A stretch of 64,000 nucleotides of DNA from Verrucomicrobiota bacterium. Its GTDB lineage: Bacteria > Verrucomicrobiota > Verrucomicrobiia > Verrucomicrobiales > DEV007. Every line of letters begins with the position of its first letter. Within the stretch, counting starts at the first letter, position 1. Below are positions 38,606 through 47,715 of the stretch, piece by piece. The stretch spans positions 1 to 64,000 of the forward strand of contig JASFYY010000022.1 of NCBI GenBank assembly GCA_045046875.1. The letters run 5' to 3'. A program made the translations under genes and the position numbers. The notes under the pieces were generated by a model. It was not told the DNA's origin. It did not search any database and was given only the letters and a program-made list of their open reading frames with translations.

Positions 38606-41329
38606 TCACTGCATAAGCTTCGCGACAGAAACTGCCACTTGCCCTTCCTCCGCTTGCACCTTCGAAAGCACACAACGAAAACCATACAATCCTTCCCTGA
38701 TCGTTGGAGGTACGGCATTGCGGTAAGAACTCAGCAACAAATCCCGCTCAGACACGTTCCACGCCCCACCCCGCACCACTTGCAAACCGGTATCGCCGCT
38801 ATAAGCATCACTCACCCATTCCCACACGTTGCCCGCCAAATCGTAAATGCCAAGCGGGTTCGGTTTGTAATGGCCTACTGGTGAAGTTTTTTCAAAACCA
38901 TCATCATAGCCTTTCAACACGTAGCGCCCCTTGGCACTTTTATCCGCAAAATTTCCACTGCCCGGTGGTGGTGGCCACTCTGCTCCCCAGGGAAAATGTT
39001 TACGGACTTTGCTGTCCCGTCGCTCAGGGGTCGCCCCAGTCTCTCCAGCCAATTCCGCCATCCGGCTCCACTCCAAATCGGTCGGCAAGCGATACTCTTC
39101 ATTTGATTCGATCTTTCCTGAAGTCCGCTCAACTTCCGTCAACCATTGACAGAAATTCTCAGCATCCTTCAAGCTCACTCCCACCACCGGATGATCCGGG
39201 TCCTGAGTGAACCCCACCGCTGGTTTCCCTCCCGCCGGAGGGGCGTCAAGCAAGTAAGCATCAAAATCCACCACCCGGGTTTCATAGGCCGATGCCATCA
39301 GATCCTTATCCACTGGCACAAACTTCATCCCCAGACTGTTTTTCCAAGTCTCCCCGAAAATCACACTGCCATCCCTTTGCAAATCCACCTCGACCTGGAG
39401 TTCACGGTCTTGCTGGATCATACCACTACGAATTTGCTCCCCATGCCCCTCTTTTTTCAAAGTCACCGTGAATGGTCCCGCACGTACCTCGCGCAGCTCC
39501 ATCGGCGTACGGCCGATCAAATGCCCCCGCCGATACACCCCGGCACCGGAAGGGTCACTGCTCACCAAAGCACCACCAAACACATTGCCGATCACACAGA
39601 AAAAAGTCCCGTCCCGTCCCGGTGTGCCAGAGATCTGGGGCCGATGATACTGGCTCTCTCCCAGATACCCCTCCATCTGATCCTGAGCCGTCATCCAATC
39701 GCAAAAGGCCCACTGACTCTCTTCATTCGCCAAAACCAATCCCTGCTTGCCCGCCACCGCAAACGGTCGCTGGGTTTTTTCCAAAAACGTCCCGAATTGG
39801 TCACGGGTGATTTCACTCGAAACATGCGTGCCATCTCCCGCCTCAAACCGAATCCCCAAATAATTCACCCACGCCGAACCATCCTTCGGGCGACGGTCAC
39901 GGATTAAAGTCGTATTATCGTACTGGCGCCCTGCAATCAGCTCCCGTATCAACACCTTTTCCTGATAACCCGGAAGCTTCAATACCAGCTCCACCTTACC
40001 GGGAGGAAAGGTCAAAAAGCGCGTCGGTGTTCTGCCAAGCTCCTTGCCATCATGCATCACCACTGCCCCAATCGGGTGACTGAACACTTTAAACTCGGCC
40101 AGCTCCACTTCCTTTTCAATTTTATCCGGCGGCATATCCGCACTTTCATCACCATCTGCAAAGGCCGCCTCCTGTTCTTTCTCTTTGGCTGCCGCAGCCG
40201 CCATTGCCTGCATTTCCTTGGACATCACGGAAATCGACAAATCCCCCACTTCCGGAAAAAAAGAATCCACAATGACAGGAGTGCCCCCGCCTCCAGGCAT
40301 CGTGGCCCGCCCGATCGCATCTCCATTTTCACCGTCCTCCCTGTTACCCTCTTCCACACTACTTAGCTCCAAAGGAGGCGCCGTTGCCGGAGGGATACTG
40401 TAATAAACCAAGCCAATCGCTCCCGCCAAAAATAAAACAAATATTGCCGCCACAGCCATCCACGCCCGGCCATGCCATCGCGCTTCAGATTTCTCCTCCT
40501 GCTCACGAATGTTTTCCAGAGCCACCACCAGCGACTCAGCACTCGAATAACGCTTGCGGGCATTAGGCGCCCCCGCGCGACAGATCACTGTATTCAGCAT
40601 CCTCCACTCGTCCCGGTTCACCGTTGGCGACAACTCCAGATTGGTCGGCAATTCCGGGAAATCCAGCCGATCCTTCCCGGTCGCCACCTCATAGAGCACC
40701 ATCGCCAGACTATAAAGGTCCCCGGAAGCCGTGCCGGGCCCTTCCGGCGGCATATACCCCTCGGTGCCGACAAAAGAACGCTGCCCACTATGAGCCACCA
40801 AGCCGATATCCGCCAATTTGGCCTCGCCATTGACAAAAATAACATTGGAAGGCTTCACATCCCGGTGGGTCAAGCCATTCTGATGCAAATGCCCCAGCGC
40901 ACCCGCAATGCGAATACCCAAAGTAACCCCATTCTGCACGTCCGTGCTCTGGCGAGCACGCAAATCCGAACTCAATGTGCGTGGTTCATACGAATCCGGA
41001 TCAATCTCCTGACCGTGAAAACAGTCATCACCCAATTCCATCACGTAAAAATAAAATTGCTTTGCCCGGTTCCTGCCAACATGCAGCACATCCACCAAGG
41101 CCGGATGATCCTTGGAAACATTCTCATATTTCTTGATCCCCTCGAACTCCCTCTCATAAGTGCGCTCCAGATCAAAATCCTTACGCTGCACCACCTTCAC
41201 CGCACGCAAGGACCCCGTCACGCTGCGAGCCATCCACACCTCACCGTATGACCCTCCGCCGATTTTGCGCAGAATCTCATAATCCGGAATTTCCGGTCTG
41301 TTGTCTTTTCCTTCGATAAGCCTGTTTAT
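38606..41329 (-). CDS. Membrane Ser/Thr protein kinase with PEGA and FGE-sulfatase (SUMF1) domains; start non-canonical or uncertain
   Basis: IGGGSYGEVW P-loop lies upstream of the ORF-track start; AVK, HRDVKPSN, ADIG, GTEGY.PPE; TM; PEGA (SDPSGAGV..G.TP); FGE (RLPTDLEW, YDLAGNVWEW, RGGAW, GFRC). Confidence 0.85.
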   Translation of the reverse strand: MNRLIEGKDNRPEIPDYEILRKIGGGSYGEVWMARSVTGSLRAVKVVQRKDFDLERTYEREFEGIKKYENVSKDHPALVDVLHVGRNRAKQFYFYVMELGDDCFHGQEIDPDSYEPRTLSSDLRARQSTDVQNGVTLGIRIAGALGHLHQNGLTHRDVKPSNVIFVNGEAKLADIGLVAHSGQRSFVGTEGYMPPEGPGTASGDLYSLAMVLYEVATGKDRLDFPELPTNLELSPTVNRDEWRMLNTVICRAGAPNARKRYSSAESLVVALENIREQEEKSEARWHGRAWMAVAAIFVLFLAGAIGLVYYSIPPATAPPLELSSVEEGNREDGENGDAIGRATMPGGGGTPVIVDSFFPEVGDLSISVMSKEMQAMAAAAAKEKEQEAAFADGDESADMPPDKIEKEVELAEFKVFSHPIGAVVMHDGKELGRTPTRFLTFPPGKVELVLKLPGYQEKVLIRELIAGRQYDNTTLIRDRRPKDGSAWVNYLGIRFEAGDGTHVSSEITRDQFGTFLEKTQRPFAVAGKQGLVLANEESQWAFCDWMTAQDQMEGYLGESQYHRPQISGTPGRDGTFFCVIGNVFGGALVSSDPSGAGVYRRGHLIGRTPMELREVRAGPFTVTLKKEGHGEQIRSGMIQQDRELQVEVDLQRDGSVIFGETWKNSLGMKFVPVDKDLMASAYETRVVDFDAYLLDAPPAGGKPAVGFTQDPDHPVVGVSLKDAENFCQWLTEVERTSGKIESNEEYRLPTDLEWSRMAELAGETGATPERRDSKVRKHFPWGAEWPPPPGSGNFADKSAKGRYVLKGYDDGFEKTSPVGHYKPNPLGIYDLAGNVWEWVSDAYSGDTGLQVVRGGAWNVSERDLLLSSYRNAVPPTIREGLYGFRCVLSKVQAEEGQVAVSVAKLMQ

Positions 41330-41403
41330 AGTGAACCCACTCTTCTTTTGTAGACGATCAAGTCATCTGCTTTATTCATCGTTGCCTCTGCACCCGACAT
41401 TGT

Positions 41404-42081
41404 TCAAAGTTTCTGCTCGTCCAATGACTCAAGCTCCTTCTTCATCAGAGCCCCCACCCGGTGTTTTGCCAGATAAACTTGAGCCATACTGACTCCCAGT
41501 TCCTCCCTGACTTTTGCCGCCGACCACTCCTTTATGACATAACAATCGAAAATCTGAAACTGTTTTGGCGATACTTTTCCTATCACATTGGCCCGCGCCA
41601 CCCGCGTCAGATTTTCACTCCACTCCGCATTCCACACCTTTTCAAGGTCATCATTGGGATCTGCAAAACGCTCGATCGTGGCGGTGCCACGACCCGATGA
41701 TTCTTCATCCGAAAAACGAAAGCCGGTAGCCACCGCCTGCGCCGCTGGATTTTTCCCCCGCTTCCTGAACTGATCCGCAATTCTCCAGCGAGCCACGTTC
41801 ATCAACCAGTTTTTAAACGATCCTTTCTCCGCGTCGTAAGTCTTCCCCTTTTTCCACTGCTTGGCGATCGTCAGGATCGTTTCCTGCACCACATCAAAAG
41901 CCTCGTCATTCGGCAAACCCGCTTTCATCGACACTCGATGGATCAAGCGCCAATAAGTCCGGTAAAACTCGTTCCAGGCGCCTTGATCCTCCCAATCATC
42001 CAGCCGGTCGATCAGACTCTTGCGCGTCCGCTCGTAACCGACCTCCAATGTTTGTTCCTGCTGTGACTCTTCTACTGGCAT
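41404..42081 (-). CDS. ECF-type RNA polymerase sigma factor
   Basis: DQGAWNEF...Y...I, AFDVVQET, GSFKNWL..VAR.R..D..R, VREELGVS..QVYLAKHRV. Confidence 0.9.
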   Translation of the reverse strand: MPVEESQQEQTLEVGYERTRKSLIDRLDDWEDQGAWNEFYRTYWRLIHRVSMKAGLPNDEAFDVVQETILTIAKQWKKGKTYDAEKGSFKNWLMNVARWRIADQFRKRGKNPAAQAVATGFRFSDEESSGRGTATIERFADPNDDLEKVWNAEWSENLTRVARANVIGKVSPKQFQIFDCYVIKEWSAAKVREELGVSMAQVYLAKHRVGALMKKELESLDEQKL

Positions 42082-42213
42082 TTAGTCCACACTCTACCAC
42101 GAATCTCAAAATTCGGGAACTCTTTCAACTTTTTTGAAAGATCCCCGCCCACCCTTCCGTATTCCACACACAAGAAGACCCATCCATCATTTTCATCCGC
42201 AAAAAAACATCCA

Positions 42214-45200
42214 ATGAACCTTGCCACCATCTGCCACCTCCCCTCCAGAAAACCTCTGCTCATACTCACAGCTCTGGTCTCGCTGTTTTCTCCCCCACAG
42301 CAGGCAAAAGCAGAAAAAAATGCCGAGCCCCAACTCCATTTCGAACGCCACCCCTCCTACTTTTCTTCCTACTCAACTCCGCTCACCCCCACACCTTCGA
42401 TCCTGCTGCGTTTTAATGCGCCCATCGATATCACCCAGGCAGCCAAAAAAATACATTTCTCCAATCAAGCTACCAAACCACTCACCATTTCAGCAAAAAT
42501 CAGTCGCCCCTCGGCGCAAAAAATGCTCAAACTCCAACCCTACCCGGATCAAGCCGGGCACCAACAAAACTTCGCTGCCGATCACTTCATCCTGGTTCAA
42601 GCCCTGACCCAACTCCCCGTCGACCATCAATGGAGCCTCGTCATCCCCAAGGGTTTCACCAGCAGTGATAAAAAAACCAAAACCTCAAGCAAATTAGTCA
42701 GTCGGCTCGGATACCTCAAATCTTTCAAACTGCGTAGCGCAGTGGCTCAGAACCCCTACGATGGCACTCGCAGTATCGCGCTGAACTTTAACAAACGCCT
42801 TCACCCCGTTATCACCGAAGATACCATCGCTCAATATGTGAAAATCTCACCGCAACCGGACGAGCTCAAATTCCACCGCAACTACTCGGGCATCAATATC
42901 AGTGGCAAATTCCATTATGGACTCGAATACAAAGTTTCAGTCACCGCAGGCCTGCCGGCCTTCGATCAGACCTTCTGCCAACAAACGGCTCAAAACGCGC
43001 TGCGTTTTACACCCAACGCCCCTTTTGTCCACCTGCCCGCATTTAATACCGCACAGAATCTCTCCGGCAAAAAAGACTTTTCCATCATCGTCGGCAATAC
43101 CAAAAACACGGCCGTGCGAATCAAAAAACTCGATGGAGACAACTTGATTTTTGCCCTGCGTGGTTACGGCGCTTATTCGCAACGAAACAACGGCATCCCC
43201 TTCGAAATGGTCCCAGGACGCACCATTTACACTCATACCTGGTTACAGAACAAAGTGCTCGATGACAGTGAAAGCATCAACTTGAACTGGGGCACCTTGC
43301 TCAAAAACAAAAACCCCGGTGCCTACTACCTCTGCGCCGAAGCCGAAGCGCAAACCCGCAACGAACAAGCTGTAGGCGCGCAAGCCTTGATCCAGCTCAC
43401 CGACATCGGCTTGGCATGGAAAAAATCCGGTCAGCAAGTCCTGCTCTATGCCTTCTCCCATCTCAGCGGTCAGCCCCTGCCCGAAGCGAGCCTCACGCTC
43501 TTTGATAACGATGCGATTGCCCTGCAACAAATTCAAACCGACCGCGAGGGGCTCGCCTCCATCAATCTTGACGCCCCGCCATTAAAAGACCAAGCCCAAT
43601 GGCTCGAGGTGCGTTTTAAGGGTGACCGCCACGTCATCGAAATCGACAACGATATGGATACCATCAGCCTTTGGCGCTTCGACGTTCCCTACCGCTATTA
43701 TGATCTCGATAAAAATAACAAAACCCAACGGCGCACCCTCATCTTCACCGACCGTCCCGTTTACAAGCCGGGAGAAACGGTGCAATTGAAATGCCTGACC
43801 CGTCTCACCGATCAAACCCAACTGCTCGATCCTGCCTCGGATCAGGCCGCTGCAAAAATCACCGTGACTGACAGCCGCCACCGCACTATTCTCACCCGCC
43901 AGATCAAAGTCTCACCACACGGCAGCATCGATCAGGAAATCAAATTGCCCGAAAATACTCTCGGTCGTTTCCAAGTCCTGATCGACTTCAATCCCGCCGG
44001 TTCGTCCTCACGCCACAAGTGGCGTAATGTTTTCAGCCACTCCTTCCAAGTCGCCGACTACCGGCCAAACACTTTTGAGATCAAACTGACCAATAAAGAT
44101 CACTACCAACTACCCACCCAGGACAGCCCTGATATCAGCGTCCCAGTCTCCGCGCACTACTTCATGGGTAAAGCCCTGTCATCAGCACGGCTTAGCTGGC
44201 ACGCCAGCGCAAATACCAGCTACCCCCGATCAAAAGAATTTGAAGATTATATCTTCGGGGACCGCACCCTGAAATCCAGCGTAAGCATTAACCTCAGTGA
44301 AAGCCTCGACCTCACTCCACAAGGGAACGGGAATATCCAACTCACCTTGCCCGGTAACAACGAACAGCCCTTGCCTCTACATTTGTATCTCAATACGGAG
44401 ATCACCGACATCAATCAACAAACCGTAGCCGCCAGCACTTCCTTCACCGTCCACAGCTCGGACTTCTATCTGGGTATGTCATTTCCAGAAAACACCCTGC
44501 GCAGTCACCAACCCTTCCTGCTATCTCTGGCCAGTATCGGTCAGGACGGAAAACCCTACTCGCCAACAGTTAAAGCCGACCTCAAAATCGAACGGCTGGT
44601 TTGGAACACCGTGAAAGTCCGTGGCGCAGGAGGCACCATCAGCCACCGCAATCAAAGTCACACCGTACCAGTGCTGGAACAAAAGCTCACCATTCAAATG
44701 ACGGAACATCCGGAAACCGGCATGTTTTTACCAAGCAGCACCGAGCTGCAATTAGATCAAGCCGGCGACTACATTTTCACCCTCACCACCGAGGATGCCA
44801 GTCACCGCCCCGTCATCAGTAAAGGGAAAATCTACATCTATGACGAAGAGCAATCCCCCAGTTGGTCCCGTCACGACGGCACCCGCATCGATGTCATCGC
44901 AGACAAAATCAGTTACCGTGCGGGAGACACCGCCAAACTGCTGATCAAAAGCCCCATCACCGGCCACGCTTTGATCACCGTGGAGCGTGAAGGCGTGCGC
45001 CGCAGCTTCACCAAAAAAATATCCAGCCAGCAAAGTGTGATTGATATCCCCATCGAAAACCAGGACGCGCCCAACGTATTTGTATCCGTGCTTATCATCC
45101 GTGGCATCCAAAATAGCAGTCATCAACACCCCGATACCGAATACCGACTTGGTTACGCCCAGTTAAAAGTAGATGACCCCTCTTCCAGACTCACCATCGA

Positions 45201-47715
45201 TCTCGCAACTCCAAGTGGAACCGTGCAGCCTGGGCAAAACATTGAGCTCAGCGCCCAAATCACCGACCATCAGAATAACCCTGTGCGCAATGCGGAAGTA
45301 ACGCTTTATGCCGTCGATGAAGGCGTGCTCAGCCTGACCGGTTATGCCACCCCTGACCCTTCATCCGTTTTCAACGCACCTTACCCGCTATCCGTATTCA
45401 CCGGTCAGTCGGTTTCCGCCTTGTTGCCCGAAAACCCCAATGATCTGGATTTTGCCAACAAAGGTTACGTCGTCGGAGGCGGCGGTCCTGGCGGAGAGAA
45501 TGGCATTTCGAGGATCCGCAAAAACTTCAAAGCCCTGGCCTACTGGAACGGCTCCCTGATCAGCGATGACGATGGCAAGATCCACGCCTCCTTCCCCGCG
45601 CCGGACAGTCTCACCGAATACCGGGTCATCGCCGTGGTCAATCAGGGGCAACGTTTTGCTTCCACCTCTGGCAAAATCATTATTCAAAAACCGCTCATCA
45701 TCGAACCCTCACTGCCGGTTTTTGCCAACGTCGGTGATCAAATCGATCTGCGCGCCGTGCTGCACAACAATAGCAAACAGGATCTGGATCTGGAAATCCG
45801 TGTCGAACTCGACCAGCGGGCCAAATTCCTCACCGCACAGCCGAACATCATCCCCACCGCAGCCCCTCTCACTCCAGTCGAAAGCAGCAACGCACAAAGC
45901 ACCAAACGCTCGCTGCACATCGCTGCAGGAAAAACCTACGCGCTGCAATTCCCCGTTATCTTCACCGCTCTCGGCGATGCCAAGTGGACCTGGAGCGTCC
46001 GCGCCCTCAACAACGATCAACTCCTCGACCGCGTCGAATCAACGATCCCCGTGACCTATCCCCTGCCCCTGTTGCGCCACAGCCAGCAACTAACCCTGCA
46101 CAACAACGATATTCGCAATGGGTCTGCCCCCCAATCAAATAAATCCTTCGATCTGCTTGCAGGGGTCGATCCCGCCCTGCTCAAAGGCGACGGCTCCATC
46201 CGGGTCTCTTTTTCCAACTCACGTATGATCGAAGCCCTTGACGCCGTGGATTATCTACTCAAATACCCCTACGGCTGTGTTGAGCAAACCACCTCCAGCA
46301 CCCTACCCTGGCTGTCCACACAAAATCTGCGCAAGGCCCTGCCTTCACTCAAACGCAGCCCCGAAGAAATTTCCGAAGCGATTGCCTACGGTTGCCAACG
46401 ACTCTTATCGATGCAAACCCAGGATGGCGGGCTCGCCTATTGGCCCGGGTCCTCTGATTCGATTCTCTGGGGCAGCGCCTACGGCGGCATGGCGCTGGCT
46501 TTAGCTGAAAAAAACGGCGCCGACTTACCGGCTAACAGCCTGCAGGATCTATGGAAATACCTTTCTTCCCAACTGCGAAACTCAGGCAAAATCACTAGCC
46601 CTTACTCTCTATCCCAACGTTGCCTGACCGCCTACACCCTCACCCTCGCCGGACATCCGGAGAACGCTTACCACGATCTGTTATTCAATAAACGCCATCA
46701 ATTACCTCTCGAAGCCCGCGCTTTACTCGCGCTGGCCATGCTCGAATCTGACAACTCTGCTAACAACCAATCGCGGGCTCGACAGCTGCTCGGCGGTGAT
46801 CCTGAAAATGCCCCCAACAGCCAAGTCGTCTGGTATGGCAAACCATATACTCTGGCCACCCAATTGCTCGCCTGGTCAAAACTGCAACCGGGAGGGGATC
46901 GTGCCGATCAACTGGCCGGGCAATTGTTAAAACTAAAACAAGGCCCTCATGTCTGGGGCAGCACCTACAACAACGCCTGGCCGATGCTCGCCATAGCTCA
47001 ACTCAGTCTGGCCAACCCCCAACTCAATCAGCCGCAAAATTTCGAGATCCAATTCGATCACAAAAAACAAACCGCAAAATTTGCTGAAGGTCCTAACAGC
47101 CTGGAATTCCAATTTCCATTCAGTAGCGAACACAACGGTCTGCCCTTGCTGGTCACGCCTCAAAACAAAGGCCGCATCTACGCCCAGGTCGAAGTCTCCA
47201 GCCAACCTGCCTTGATCCCCTTCGCTGCGCAGGATCACGGTTTCTCGATCCGCCGCAGCTACCAGCGGATCCAAAACAATGGCGCCCTCAGCCCGCCAAA
47301 ACAACTCAGTGTGGGCGACCTTATTCTGGTCACCCTGCATACCACCATCGATGACAAACAACACTACCTCGCCATCGAGGATCGCTTGCCTGCTATTTTT
47401 GAAGCCATCAACCCCTCCTTCAAATCTCAAACCAAACAATCCGCGCAACACGGTAAATGGAAACGTCTCTACCCCAATCACAGCGAGATAAGAAAAGACC
47501 GCGTGCTCTTTTTTCAAGACTACCTCTATCAAGGTGGCAACTACACCATCCAATACCTCGCCCGGGTCATCGCACCCGGTTCCGCCACGGCTCCTCCGGC
47601 TAAAATCGAAGCCATGTATGAACCCCAACGCTACGGCCTCTCGGCTACCGAACGCCTGTCAGCCTCTGCCAGCATCGCCCCCAACGAAGCCAAATCCCCG
47701 ATTGCCGTCCGATGA
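42214..47715 (+). CDS. Bacterial alpha-2-macroglobulin
   Basis: FTDRPVYKPGE, AVDEGVL, PDSLTEYR, thioester YPYGCVEQ, EAMYEP; followed by pbpC. Confidence 0.95.
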   Translation: MNLATICHLPSRKPLLILTALVSLFSPPQQAKAEKNAEPQLHFERHPSYFSSYSTPLTPTPSILLRFNAPIDITQAAKKIHFSNQATKPLTISAKISRPSAQKMLKLQPYPDQAGHQQNFAADHFILVQALTQLPVDHQWSLVIPKGFTSSDKKTKTSSKLVSRLGYLKSFKLRSAVAQNPYDGTRSIALNFNKRLHPVITEDTIAQYVKISPQPDELKFHRNYSGINISGKFHYGLEYKVSVTAGLPAFDQTFCQQTAQNALRFTPNAPFVHLPAFNTAQNLSGKKDFSIIVGNTKNTAVRIKKLDGDNLIFALRGYGAYSQRNNGIPFEMVPGRTIYTHTWLQNKVLDDSESINLNWGTLLKNKNPGAYYLCAEAEAQTRNEQAVGAQALIQLTDIGLAWKKSGQQVLLYAFSHLSGQPLPEASLTLFDNDAIALQQIQTDREGLASINLDAPPLKDQAQWLEVRFKGDRHVIEIDNDMDTISLWRFDVPYRYYDLDKNNKTQRRTLIFTDRPVYKPGETVQLKCLTRLTDQTQLLDPASDQAAAKITVTDSRHRTILTRQIKVSPHGSIDQEIKLPENTLGRFQVLIDFNPAGSSSRHKWRNVFSHSFQVADYRPNTFEIKLTNKDHYQLPTQDSPDISVPVSAHYFMGKALSSARLSWHASANTSYPRSKEFEDYIFGDRTLKSSVSINLSESLDLTPQGNGNIQLTLPGNNEQPLPLHLYLNTEITDINQQTVAASTSFTVHSSDFYLGMSFPENTLRSHQPFLLSLASIGQDGKPYSPTVKADLKIERLVWNTVKVRGAGGTISHRNQSHTVPVLEQKLTIQMTEHPETGMFLPSSTELQLDQAGDYIFTLTTEDASHRPVISKGKIYIYDEEQSPSWSRHDGTRIDVIADKISYRAGDTAKLLIKSPITGHALITVEREGVRRSFTKKISSQQSVIDIPIENQDAPNVFVSVLIIRGIQNSSHQHPDTEYRLGYAQLKVDDPSSRLTIDLATPSGTVQPGQNIELSAQITDHQNNPVRNAEVTLYAVDEGVLSLTGYATPDPSSVFNAPYPLSVFTGQSVSALLPENPNDLDFANKGYVVGGGGPGGENGISRIRKNFKALAYWNGSLISDDDGKIHASFPAPDSLTEYRVIAVVNQGQRFASTSGKIIIQKPLIIEPSLPVFANVGDQIDLRAVLHNNSKQDLDLEIRVELDQRAKFLTAQPNIIPTAAPLTPVESSNAQSTKRSLHIAAGKTYALQFPVIFTALGDAKWTWSVRALNNDQLLDRVESTIPVTYPLPLLRHSQQLTLHNNDIRNGSAPQSNKSFDLLAGVDPALLKGDGSIRVSFSNSRMIEALDAVDYLLKYPYGCVEQTTSSTLPWLSTQNLRKALPSLKRSPEEISEAIAYGCQRLLSMQTQDGGLAYWPGSSDSILWGSAYGGMALALAEKNGADLPANSLQDLWKYLSSQLRNSGKITSPYSLSQRCLTAYTLTLAGHPENAYHDLLFNKRHQLPLEARALLALAMLESDNSANNQSRARQLLGGDPENAPNSQVVWYGKPYTLATQLLAWSKLQPGGDRADQLAGQLLKLKQGPHVWGSTYNNAWPMLAIAQLSLANPQLNQPQNFEIQFDHKKQTAKFAEGPNSLEFQFPFSSEHNGLPLLVTPQNKGRIYAQVEVSSQPALIPFAAQDHGFSIRRSYQRIQNNGALSPPKQLSVGDLILVTLHTTIDDKQHYLAIEDRLPAIFEAINPSFKSQTKQSAQHGKWKRLYPNHSEIRKDRVLFFQDYLYQGGNYTIQYLARVIAPGSATAPPAKIEAMYEPQRYGLSATERLSASASIAPNEAKSPIAVR

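Noticed and set aside
9454..47628. Long antisense or alternate-frame ORFs (e.g. 9454-10242, 12894-13448, 40472-41251, 46933-47628)
   Set aside because: Shadows of well-supported genes with no motifs of their own
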